Source: an archaeon
Lineage (GTDB): Archaea > Iainarchaeota > Iainarchaeia > Iainarchaeales > CSSED10-239
DNA: 12,539 bases
Reading direction: 5' to 3'
Assembly: GCA_037147375.1 (NCBI GenBank)
Contig: JBAWVI010000021.1
Location: forward strand, 1 to 12,539
Of this stretch, positions 1-7,449 are shown in pieces. The position numbers and the translations under genes were made by a program. Each line of letters starts with the position of its first letter. Positions within the stretch are counted from its first letter, which is position 1. Below the pieces are notes generated by a model. The model had not been told where the DNA came from. It searched no databases and saw nothing but the letters and a program-made list of their open reading frames with translations.

Positions 1-23
1 AACTATTTAAAGGAAAAATAAAT

Positions 24-422
24 ATGGTTGAAGAACAAACTGGATCTATTCAAGACATAAAGGCATTACAGTCAAGTATACTTGTGTTATCACAAAAGAT
101 TAAATACTTAGTGCATAATGAAAAGATCTTAGGAAGAAACATACTTATTCTAAATAAGAAGATTGCATCTGCAAGTGGCACATCACAAGCAGGAGAAGGA
201 GCAGGAATAAATAGTGCGGAAGTTTTACAGATACTTGAAAAACAGAAAGCACTTGATGCGAGAATTAAGCAAATAGAAGCAACCCTTGAACTTTTCTCAA
301 AAAGATATGCAAGAAATGAAGAACTTAAGGAAATGAAATATATAATTGATAACATTAATCCTTTAGAGTACACAACAGTTGCTCAAGTTAAGAAGATAAT
401 TAAAGATACTCCAGTAAAATAA
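24..422 (+). CDS. Hypothetical coiled-coil protein (132 aa). Two heptad-like helical segments are separated by a Gly/Ser/Ala linker (ASASGTSQAGEGAG).
   Basis: Clean ORF. The opposite-strand ORF 50-373 looks like a low-complexity shadow. A weak AGGA lies upstream of the ATG. I do not recognise a family. Confidence 0.6.
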   Translation: MVEEQTGSIQDIKALQSSILVLSQKIKYLVHNEKILGRNILILNKKIASASGTSQAGEGAGINSAEVLQILEKQKALDARIKQIEATLELFSKRYARNEELKEMKYIIDNINPLEYTTVAQVKKIIKDTPVK

Positions 423-424
423 GA

Positions 425-979
425 TTATTTTTTCTTTTTCTTATAATCGCGCGTACATCTTTTAAGCCATAACCAATAGAAACCAAGAACAATTATCACA
501 AGGAAGAATCTAAATAAGAAACCATGAAAGAAGCTTGCCCATGAAAGATTAAGTGCAGTTATTAAGTAAGTAGTAAAGCTTATTCTAATTATATTAAATA
601 GAATTACTAAGGGAATTGCAAGAAGTACTCCAATTAATCTCTTCTTCCAAGAAACACTTGTGCTTGCAAGTATTGCAGATGCAAGAAGAGCAAACTCTAG
701 GATACCAGTACATAGAAAATTAATATAGATTGGATAATCAAGAGATGCAATTGTAATAACTGATGCACCATCAATTATATTATATGAAAAAGTAGTAACA
801 ATTCCAAATATATGATTAATTATAAAACTTGAAGTTATTCCAAAAAAATAGTTTATGTAATCATATAAGAAACTATATCCAAGAATAATATAAATAAAAA
901 CAAAAAATAAAATAAAAAGTAAAAGAAAAATAAAACCCTTTCTTAATGTTTGAAATTTCTTAGTTTTATTTTTTCTCAT
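425..979 (-). CDS. Exosortase/archaeosortase-family integral membrane protein (184 aa, short form)
   Basis: Polytopic hydrophobic protein. It carries the ordered family signature residues: Cys in FLCTGILE (family C-[ST]-G motif), Arg in FNIIRISF (N-x-x-R-[IV] motif), and a later His in FFHGFLF. It starts 20 nt after the rps8e stop on the same strand, so it is probably co-transcribed. Confidence 0.65.
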   Translation of the reverse strand: MRKNKTKKFQTLRKGFIFLLLFILFFVFIYIILGYSFLYDYINYFFGITSSFIINHIFGIVTTFSYNIIDGASVITIASLDYPIYINFLCTGILEFALLASAILASTSVSWKKRLIGVLLAIPLVILFNIIRISFTTYLITALNLSWASFFHGFLFRFFLVIIVLGFYWLWLKRCTRDYKKKKK

Positions 980-999
980 TCGTTATCAAAAGATTTAAT

Positions 1000-1395
1000 T
1001 TATTTAACAATAACTGCAGAAATTTGTCCTGATTGACCAGGGCGTGATGTAACTTTTGCTAAATGTTCTTTTCCATCAAGCATTATTTTAATTACTGCTC
1101 CCTTTGTAATAACCTTCTGTCTAACAAATTGCTTGTTTGCAGCATTTTCAGAAACATCAACTATTTTTGCTTTAGCTGTTTTTCCTGCTTGTGAGATTAA
1201 TATTGTTGTTGCTTTTGAGATCTTAACCTTACGACCTCCACCTCTTGTTTTTGTTTGATGTCTTTTATCTATTGCAGCAACTACAGTTTTTGAAAAAAGT
1301 CCACCTTTATCAGATAACTTTTTTGTTGCAGCATTAACTGCGTTATTTATTCCACCTGTTGCTTTTCTTCTTGATGTTTTTTTCCATTCAACCAT
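1000..1395 (-). CDS. rps8e: 30S ribosomal protein S8e
   Basis: The N-terminal W..S.RK.TGG, the central GGGRKV, and the C-terminal ITKGAVI...VTSRPGQSGQISAVIV are characteristic of archaeal S8e. AGGTGA lies 7 nt upstream of the ATG. Confidence 0.9.
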   Translation of the reverse strand: MVEWKKTSRRKATGGINNAVNAATKKLSDKGGLFSKTVVAAIDKRHQTKTRGGGRKVKISKATTILISQAGKTAKAKIVDVSENAANKQFVRQKVITKGAVIKIMLDGKEHLAKVTSRPGQSGQISAVIVK

Positions 1396-1472
1396 TTAAA
1401 TTCACCTTAATATTTTTTCTTTGAGAGGATTTTACTAAATTAAAAACCTTTTTAATAGTTTCAAGATAATAT

Positions 1473-2021
1473 ATGTTTATGATAACTAATAAATTTAAAA
1501 TAAACAACCACGATATAAGAATTCTTGAAATATTATATTCGTCTATAGATATTAATAATATAGAAAACTATTTAAAAAGAATTGAAAGAGAAGAAAAAGA
1601 GAAAAACCTTAAAATCTCATTTATTCCAAACAAATATCTATATTCTCTCAATCATCTCTTATTTGCAACATACATAACAGAGAATAGGTTTGTAGACCAA
1701 ATAAATATATCCACTTCATTTAATACAGAAATGCTTCTTGTTCTATCTGATGCAAAAGATCAAATAAATAAGATAAATAAAGAATTATACCTTGTTGAAG
1801 GAAAGAACAAGAATAAAGAAGTGTTTGTTCTTCTTTTATCTGATAAAGAGATAAAAGAAAAGGATATTGATTCAATAAAGAAGGAACTTAACTTAACAAT
1901 AATCTCAGATGAGAACATAAAGTTCAATAAAAAGGAAGCTCTTGAGTTTTATAAACTCAAGGAACCAGATGCAGAAGATAAAATAATTGAGATGATTGCA
2001 TTATCTATTATAGATAAGTAA
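1473..2021 (+). CDS. cgi121: Cgi121-like protein (putative KEOPS subunit). Assignment is tentative.
   Basis: The segment NHLLFATYITENRF....STSFNTEMLLVLSDAKDQINKI matches the Cgi121 pattern as I remember it (H.L.A...A......S...E.LL..SG.RQI..AI). The C-terminus (EMIALSIIDK) resembles the Cgi121 terminal helix. There is no SD. A TATA-like TTTTTAATA lies about 20 nt upstream, so the transcript may be leaderless. The start could be 1473 or 1479. Confidence 0.45.
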   Translation: MFMITNKFKINNHDIRILEILYSSIDINNIENYLKRIEREEKEKNLKISFIPNKYLYSLNHLLFATYITENRFVDQINISTSFNTEMLLVLSDAKDQINKINKELYLVEGKNKNKEVFVLLLSDKEIKEKDIDSIKKELNLTIISDENIKFNKKEALEFYKLKEPDAEDKIIEMIALSIIDK

Positions 2022-2022
2022 A

Positions 2023-2739
2023 CTAGTCATCTTCTTCTTTGCTATCTCCAAACTTTCTATCAAAAAGATATTTTATTTTATCAGCTTTCTTTGGGCCTAA
2101 ATTTTGAACTTTTTTTAAATCATCAATAGATGCATTTGCAACATTTCTTAAGGTCTTAAATTCTTTTAAAATTGATTTTGCGAGTGTTGGACCAACATCT
2201 GGAAATGATTCAAGAATGAAAAGCTGTCTTTGTGAAAAATTCATTCTTGTTTTTGCAAATCTTAGTTTCATTATATTGTTTCCATTTCCAAGCTGTTCTC
2301 TTTTTGCAATATTAAACAGAAACTCTGCGGTTTCCTTTTGATTTTTTGTAAAAAAGATTGGTAACTTATAATCAAGACCAATTGAGGTAATAAGACCAAT
2401 AAGTGCTTTCTTTTGAATTCTTGAATTATCAGAAAAAAGCTTACCTTGATCTCCCTCTATTATAAGGCCAGGCTTTTTTGCTTGCAAAAGATTTGGAAGT
2501 TGAGAAAATATTCTACCATCAATTATTGATGTTTCTAAATCAGAGATTGTTTTTCTTTCAATTACAACATCATCTGAAAGAATGTAATCTCCAACAGATA
2601 ATTGTTCAAGCTTAATCTTTACAATTGTTTCAAGAGAAGAAAGCTTTTCAAGCTCTACATTAACTTGAGATACACACTCTCGCATATCACAGATAATTGT
2701 AATCATATTATTTTTTGGTTCTTGTTTTGTTTCACTCAT
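2023..2739 (-). CDS. hef: XPF/Hef-type ERCC4 nuclease domain plus C-terminal (HhH)2 domain, encoded as a stand-alone protein (238 aa)
   Basis: ERCC4 signature: IICDMRE ... VGDYILSDDVVIERKTISDLETSIIDGRIFSQ. Tandem helix-hairpin-helix: ILESFPDVGPTLAKSIL ... LKKVQNLGPKKADKI. It starts 6 nt after the stop of the preceding gene. Confidence 0.85.
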   Translation of the reverse strand: MSETKQEPKNNMITIICDMRECVSQVNVELEKLSSLETIVKIKLEQLSVGDYILSDDVVIERKTISDLETSIIDGRIFSQLPNLLQAKKPGLIIEGDQGKLFSDNSRIQKKALIGLITSIGLDYKLPIFFTKNQKETAEFLFNIAKREQLGNGNNIMKLRFAKTRMNFSQRQLFILESFPDVGPTLAKSILKEFKTLRNVANASIDDLKKVQNLGPKKADKIKYLFDRKFGDSKEEDD

Positions 2740-2745
2740 TAAATA

Positions 2746-3228
2746 TCACTGTGTGTCTTTAAGAATAATTGGAGGTGATTTTTCTTTTACAAGTCCACCA
2801 TGGAACTCTCCTCTATAAACTGTTTTTTCTTTGTAATCAATTCTTTCAAATCCAACAAACTTATCAAGAGTTCCTTTTGGTTCACAAAAATATTCAAAAT
2901 CATTATTTTTGAAATATCTTGGGCCTCTGTATGGTTCTTCTTCCTTAACTTGTTTTAATACGTCTTTTAGAAAATCAAATACTTCTTTTGGAGAAATATC
3001 TAGAGATTCAACAAATCCATAATAATTCATACCCCAAATTATTTTTTCATCTTCAAAAACAATTTCGTTTCCAATAAATGGATTGTGACCAAAGTATTTG
3101 TCTGCATATCTAAGATTCGAATTTTCATAAATTAATTGTTTTGCTCCATCTTTACTTATCTTATCAGTTAGTCTTCCTGATGCATAAGTATCTTTTTTTG
3201 CTAAAACCAAAAACTCTCTTAAGTTCAT
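2746..3228 (-). CDS. DUF5680-like protein (160 aa from the ATG at 3228)
   Basis: FLVLAKKDTYASG...LRYADKYFG...IIWGMNYYG...EPYRGP...FEYFC...VYRGEFHGGLV resembles the bacterial DUF5680 domain as I recall it. This is from memory and needs HMM confirmation. The helicase TAA (3245-3247) is immediately followed by AGGAGGG. The ATG at 3228 is 9 nt downstream of that SD. The longer track ORF (to 3297) would overlap the helicase 3' end and has no SD. Confidence 0.55.
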   Translation of the reverse strand: MNLREFLVLAKKDTYASGRLTDKISKDGAKQLIYENSNLRYADKYFGHNPFIGNEIVFEDEKIIWGMNYYGFVESLDISPKEVFDFLKDVLKQVKEEEPYRGPRYFKNNDFEYFCEPKGTLDKFVGFERIDYKEKTVYRGEFHGGLVKEKSPPIILKDTQ

Positions 3229-3244
3229 TAAACACATCCCTCCT

Positions 3245-4861
3245 TTATTTAAAATCAATAAGACTTTTTTGGGTTTTCTTTTTCTTAATTGGTTCATTTA
3301 AATTAAAGTTTTTTAAGGTTCTTTTCATTTTTTTTTCTTTATTTTCTGAAACATAATAGTAATGCTCATCGAGAGTATCTTTGTTTAAGATTAAAACAAC
3401 TTTACCTACGTTAAATCTTCCTGTTCTTCCTCTTCTCTGGATTGATCTTATTTCAGAAGCTACTGCATCATAAAATACAACTAGATCAACTGATGGGATA
3501 TCAAGACCTTCTTCTCCAACTGAAGTGCACACAAGTATATTGTATTCTCCTTCTTTAAACTTAGAGATTGTTTCCATTTGTTCCTTTTGGGAGAGGCCAG
3601 CATCATTTTCTTTGTTTGCTTGTCCAACAAACTTTGTAGCTTTTATTTTTTTATTTCTATTAAGAACAGTAACTAAGTGAGATGCATTGTCTCTAAAGTT
3701 TGTAAAAACTAGAATCTTTGATGATTTATTTTCTTCTAAAAATAAATTAGATATTTCAATTAACTTTGCTTCCTTTGAATAAACTTGGTTTTCAAGAATT
3801 GTAGAATTTAATACTTTTCTAATTTCAATAAATTCTTTTGAGCCAAGCACTTGAGAAAGTGCTTTTGTTCTTTTCTTTTCAGTTCCTTCTGCTTCAAGTT
3901 TGTAAATATAATTTTTGAAAGGAATAATTCCTTGTGTTTCAATTAATTCTTTTGCATGATACATCTTTAGGATGCAAGCTGTAAAAGAGAGAGCTAAGAA
4001 ATTCATATTATTTTTAGATTTAGAAAGACGAGCAATAACTTGAGCTTGAAGCATAATGATTTGTTTCTTTGTATAGTTCTTTCCTATTGGAAAATTTAGT
4101 TTTCTTAAAACACTTATCTTTTGCTCAATAAACTCATCAATAAGTACAACAAGCTTTCTTGAGAACGAATCTAGTTCAGTAAAAATGATTTCAATTTCAG
4201 TTTCATTAATATAATCTTTAACGTCAATATCATTTTCTGTTCTTATTTCAACATGAGATATCTTTAGATTATCCGCAACTTCTCTTATTTTCTTTTTTTC
4301 GCCACCAGGAGATGCAGTTAATCCAAGCCTTTTTGTGTTTTCTGGAAAGAAATTAGATACTTTCGTGTATGAGTAATCTCCAACAGCTCTATGTGCTTCA
4401 TCAAAAATAATTAAATTAAAATCTTTTTCTCTAAGTAATCCATTATCAATATCATTTGCTATTGTTTGGGGTGTTGCACAAATAATTAATCCTTTTTGTA
4501 AATAAATTTGTTCTCTTTTTGCAGGAGTTATTTCTCCAGTTAATAGAATCATGTTTTCTTGCTCAATTGTTAGAAGCTTATCAAGACTTTTCTTGTGCTG
4601 AGAGATAAGTGGTTTAGTGGGAGCTAAGAGAAGAATTGATTTGCTTGAGTCATAAGTAAAAGCAATTAATAGAACAGCTACTATTGTTTTACCAAGACCA
4701 GTTGGTGCAACAACAAGAGTGCTTTGAGTAATAGCTTCAGCTGTTAGAAGCTCTTGATATAATCTTTTTTCAACTTTGTTCTTAGTGATGTATGGATGAA
4801 CTATAAACTTCTCATTTTCATTTGGTTCTAGTTTATTATTTAAAGGCATAATTATCAACAT
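3245..4861 (-). CDS. hef: Hef/FANCM-type SF2 DEAH helicase domain, encoded as a stand-alone protein (538 aa)
   Basis: All SF2 motifs are readable: I VVAPTGLGKT, II IIFDEAHRA, III LGLTASPG, V ILVCTSVGEEGLDIP, VI RSIQRRGRTGR. An inserted helical domain lies between the two RecA lobes, as in Hef. Its length matches the helicase half of the roughly 760-aa euryarchaeal Hef. The true start may be the second ATG (4849, MPLNN...). Confidence 0.85.
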   Translation of the reverse strand: MLIIMPLNNKLEPNENEKFIVHPYITKNKVEKRLYQELLTAEAITQSTLVVAPTGLGKTIVAVLLIAFTYDSSKSILLLAPTKPLISQHKKSLDKLLTIEQENMILLTGEITPAKREQIYLQKGLIICATPQTIANDIDNGLLREKDFNLIIFDEAHRAVGDYSYTKVSNFFPENTKRLGLTASPGGEKKKIREVADNLKISHVEIRTENDIDVKDYINETEIEIIFTELDSFSRKLVVLIDEFIEQKISVLRKLNFPIGKNYTKKQIIMLQAQVIARLSKSKNNMNFLALSFTACILKMYHAKELIETQGIIPFKNYIYKLEAEGTEKKRTKALSQVLGSKEFIEIRKVLNSTILENQVYSKEAKLIEISNLFLEENKSSKILVFTNFRDNASHLVTVLNRNKKIKATKFVGQANKENDAGLSQKEQMETISKFKEGEYNILVCTSVGEEGLDIPSVDLVVFYDAVASEIRSIQRRGRTGRFNVGKVVLILNKDTLDEHYYYVSENKEKKMKRTLKNFNLNEPIKKKKTQKSLIDFK

Positions 4862-4963
4862 CTATTGTAAATAGATATATAATAAACAAAATAAATAGGT
4901 TTCGGGAGGGGGGGTACGTGGCCAAGCATCAATGTACTTAAAATCATTTATGATGTTGGAATT

Positions 4964-5003
4964 TAAAAAAAAATAGAAAAAAGAAAATAGAGATATCTCT
5001 ATT
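4964..5003 (-). terminator. Putative terminator of the rpl1-rpl10-rpl12 operon
   Basis: A perfect 18-nt palindrome, AATAGAGATATCTCTATT (4986-5003), lies 40 nt past the rpl12 stop. On the minus strand it is followed by a T-rich tract (TTCTTTTTTCTATTTTTTTTTAAAT). Confidence 0.55.
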
Positions 5004-5042
5004 CCTTTTGTGTTTCTTTTAGAATTAAAGTTATTTCTAACT

Positions 5043-5330
5043 TTAACCGAAAAGAGCACCAAGTCCTTCAGCAGCAGATTCTTCTGTAACTTCTGGAACT
5101 TCTTCTTTCTTCTTTTCTGCCTTGTGTTCAGCAGGTGCTGCAGCAGCTACTGGCATACTTGCCTTTGCTATTGCATCATCAATGTTTATTTCTTTTAAAG
5201 TTGCTATAAGACCCTTTAACTTAGCCTCATCAGCAGTTACTCCACATGAAGATAAAACCTTCTTCATATGTTCTTCGTTTATTTCCTTCTTTGCGTTATG
5301 AAGTAATAATGCAGCGTATATATAATCCAT
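5043..5330 (-). CDS. rpl12: 50S ribosomal stalk protein P1 (L12e), 95 aa
   Basis: Canonical [12 protein letters not shown]-terminus, an Ala/Pro/Glu/Lys hinge, and the C-terminal factor-binding tail [19 protein letters not shown] lies 7 nt upstream of the ATG at 5330. The track start at 5348 adds 6 non-conserved residues. Confidence 0.93.
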   Translation of the reverse strand: MDYIYAALLLHNAKKEINEEHMKKVLSSCGVTADEAKLKGLIATLKEINIDDAIAKASMPVAAAAPAEHKAEKKKEEVPEVTEESAAEGLGALFG

Positions 5331-5362
5331 ATATTTTTCACCTTTCATTTCTTAATTTTAAT

Positions 5363-6139
5363 TTATTGTCCCTCTGTGGGGTTTTTAGAAGCAATAGCAC
5401 TTTCAAGTGCTTTTGCTTTAAGCTCTGCCATCATTATCATTGGCTCAATAGTTAAGCTTGTAGCGTAACCCATTTCAACACCAATAGCAATTGCAGATCT
5501 TATTCCTATCATTATTTGTGAATTTATTTCATCAAGATCAACAGATAATACATCTTTCTTGTAGATTAATCCAGCTTCCTTAATGCATACAACATCAAGC
5601 ATTAATTCAATTGGCTTAATTCCAAGCTTTGATAATGTTGAAACAACATCAGAAGTAACAATAGCACCTTTCTTTGTAACAACAGCATCTTCCACAATAT
5701 GTATTGTTGGACCTTTAACCTGTGCCTTTAAACCAACCTTTTTAAGATCAGATAAAGCTGGTCCTGGTGGAAGTCCTGTATCACATTCTTGAATGATTAT
5801 ATCAATTGGTGAAATCATTCCAACCTTTGCTTTTGATTTTGATTTGTTCTTCTTAATTGAAGAATAAATTTCAAATGCATTCTTATTTGATAATATTAAG
5901 ATTGGTTGAGCAGGCAATTCCTTAATCAAATCAGTTTGCTTTTGTGCTTCAAGAACCTTCTTTAGAACATTCTTATTTGTAACTTTTAGTGTTACATCAG
6001 TTAAGTTCTTTTTTAGTTTATGAAGTAAAGCAGCAGGATAAGAAGAAACTGAACCTATTCCAATAACTTTGTATTCCTTAATAAGCTTATCAATTACATC
6101 AAACTGAGAATGTCTCCATTTCTTTAAATGTCTAGTCAT
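5363..6139 (-). CDS. rpl10: 50S ribosomal stalk protein P0 (L10), unusually short at 258 aa and lacking a C-terminal tail
   Basis: HLKKWRHSQFDVIDKLIKEYKVIGIGSVSSYPAALLHKLKK aligns with the archaeal P0 N-terminus. The TGLPPGP motif of the inserted domain is present. Its ATG overlaps the rpl1 TGA (ATGA at 6136-6139). Confidence 0.9.
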   Translation of the reverse strand: MTRHLKKWRHSQFDVIDKLIKEYKVIGIGSVSSYPAALLHKLKKNLTDVTLKVTNKNVLKKVLEAQKQTDLIKELPAQPILILSNKNAFEIYSSIKKNKSKSKAKVGMISPIDIIIQECDTGLPPGPALSDLKKVGLKAQVKGPTIHIVEDAVVTKKGAIVTSDVVSTLSKLGIKPIELMLDVVCIKEAGLIYKKDVLSVDLDEINSQIMIGIRSAIAIGVEMGYATSLTIEPMIMMAELKAKALESAIASKNPTEGQ

Positions 6140-6792
6140 TCGCCACCACCTACTTTCTCTGGCTTACTCATAGTTGTCTTAACATAGAGTGCTCTAACGT
6201 TGTGCTTTCCTGCTGGTAGCTTTTCAATAATTGAATTATAGATTGCCATAACATTTTCAGCAACATCTGGTTTACTCATACTCTTTCTTCCAACTTTTAG
6301 TTGAAGAGCAACAGATGATTTGTTTTTTGTGTTTGATACTTTAATCCTTGAAGTAGCTTGATCAATTATGTTTTTAATTGCTAGTGGATTTCCAGGAGCA
6401 ATAATTGGCATCTTTCCTCTTGGACTTAAAACTTGTCCTAGATATTTACCAATTGTTAGCATAACAGGTCCTTCTGCTAAAAAGACATCGTAATCTGCTG
6501 ACATTTTTTTAACTTCTTTTTTAGAAATTTTTTGGATATCTTCATCCAATATGATTTTATCAACTACACCTTTTAGACCTTCAGCTAAATGTTTATCTTT
6601 AACAAAAACAAGAGACTTAACACTTTGTAAATATGGATGTGGCATATTAACAAAATAATCTACTCTATGTTCTTTGTTTTTAATATTCAAATTTTTGAAA
6701 GTGATAATTAGTTCAATTGATTCATCAAACTTTCTTTCTTTTGCGCCTGAATAGAGTGTATTCAATGCACCTTCAATAACTTTTTTGTCCAA
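6136..6792 (-). CDS. rpl1: 50S ribosomal protein L1, TTG start
   Basis: Typical L1 sequence (FDESIELIITFKNL...VNMPHP...LAEGPVM...LGPRGKMP-like SPRGKMP). An in-frame TAG two codons upstream bounds the ORF. The first usable start is TTG at 6790-6792, 7 nt downstream of GGAGGTG. Confidence 0.93.
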   Translation of the reverse strand: MDKKVIEGALNTLYSGAKERKFDESIELIITFKNLNIKNKEHRVDYFVNMPHPYLQSVKSLVFVKDKHLAEGLKGVVDKIILDEDIQKISKKEVKKMSADYDVFLAEGPVMLTIGKYLGQVLSPRGKMPIIAPGNPLAIKNIIDQATSRIKVSNTKNKSSVALQLKVGRKSMSKPDVAENVMAIYNSIIEKLPAGKHNVRALYVKTTMSKPEKVGGGE

Positions 6793-6799
6793 AATCTAG

Positions 6800-6806
6800 C
6801 ACCTCC
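6800..6806 (-). promoter_or_regulatory. Shine-Dalgarno site GGAGGTG for rpl1
   Basis: Minus-strand sequence is GCAGGAGGTGCTAGATTTTGGAC. A 7-nt spacer separates the SD from the TTG. Confidence 0.7.
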
Positions 6807-6917
6807 TGCATAAAAGCAGTTATTAGCGGTTGAATTTATATTTAAAATATAAATAATATAGGTTAAGAAATGTTTATAAAGATACTAGATTATAATCATT
6901 TCTCAATAATTTTTAAT

Positions 6918-7433
6918 TTATTTCTTCTTATAGATGCCTTTTCTAAAATTATATGCTTTTAATCTTCTTTCTTTTTCTATAGCATCAGTTTCAATTTTTA
7001 ATCTTTCTTTTTTTAAAGCATCAGCTTTCAAAACACTTTCTGCTCTTATTTTATTTAATTGTTTTTCATTTTCTTCTAATTTAAATAAATAGTCTGCTTT
7101 TATTTTTAATTTAGAAAGTAGTTTTGCTTTTCTTGATGGATTTTTTTCTGCCCTATATAAATCCAATATAGCTTTAAATTCAGAATTTAATATTAATGTA
7201 TTAAAGAATGCTTTTTCAGTAAATAAACCAAGTAAAAATGCTTTAGTTCTTGCTTTTTCTAATAACTCGTGCTTGCCACTATTTTGAAAGTCCTTAATCT
7301 TTTTAAACGTATTTTCATTTAATTTTTCCTTAGTTGCTTTTGATAATTTATTTTCACCATTAATTCTACTAATAAATAGTGGTTTTTTTGCTTGTGGTTT
7401 TAAAGTTGGCATTTTAACAAGAATTTTAGGCAT
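6918..7433 (-). CDS. Array paralog P4: lysine-rich coiled-coil protein, unrecognised family (171 aa)
   Basis: The family N-motif begins at Met8 (MPTLKPQAKKPLFISRINGENKLS). C-terminus is RRLKAYNFRKGIYKKK. GGAGAC lies 8 nt upstream of the first ATG (7433). The alternative start is 7412. Confidence 0.8.
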   Translation of the reverse strand: MPKILVKMPTLKPQAKKPLFISRINGENKLSKATKEKLNENTFKKIKDFQNSGKHELLEKARTKAFLLGLFTEKAFFNTLILNSEFKAILDLYRAEKNPSRKAKLLSKLKIKADYLFKLEENEKQLNKIRAESVLKADALKKERLKIETDAIEKERRLKAYNFRKGIYKKK

Positions 7434-7449
7434 ATTAATACGTCTCCAT

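Noticed and set aside
50-373. 107-aa minus-strand ORF inside the 24-422 gene
   Set aside because: It is an antisense shadow of the plus-strand ORF. The translation is Ser/Phe/Leu/Cys-rich low complexity, and there is no SD.
3229-3297. N-terminal extension (MNQLRKRKPKKVLLILNKGGMCL) of the DUF5680-like ORF in the track
   Set aside because: It would overlap the last 53 nt of the helicase gene and has no SD. The AGGAGGG right after the helicase stop points to the ATG at 3228.
3141-3356. 71-aa plus-strand ORF across the helicase/DUF5680 junction
   Set aside because: It lies antisense to two well-supported genes. The translation is Leu/Phe-rich junk typical of the reverse frame of K/E-rich genes.
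4905-4960. Possible tRNA or split-tRNA 5' half at the GC island (GTGGCCAAGC resembles a class II tRNA D-arm)
   Set aside because: I could not build a cloverleaf. No D-stem closure, 7-nt anticodon loop, T-arm (GGTTCGAATCC-like) or acceptor complement is present on either strand. I kept it only as an unexplained GC island.
4862-5062. 66-aa minus-strand ORF in the rpl12-hef spacer
   Set aside because: It overlaps the rpl12 3' end and runs through the terminator palindrome, the T-tract and the GC island. The composition is low complexity and no SD is present.
5010-5792. Plus-strand ORFs 5010-5198, 5246-5455 and 5583-5792
   Set aside because: All are antisense to the strongly supported rpl12 and rpl10 genes, so they are shadow frames.
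6868-6880. 13-mer AAATGTTTATAAA shared between 6868-6880 and 10009-10021
   Set aside because: It is AT-only and built around the palindromic TATA-box consensus TTTATAAA. It most likely reflects two promoters, or chance, rather than a mobile or regulatory repeat.
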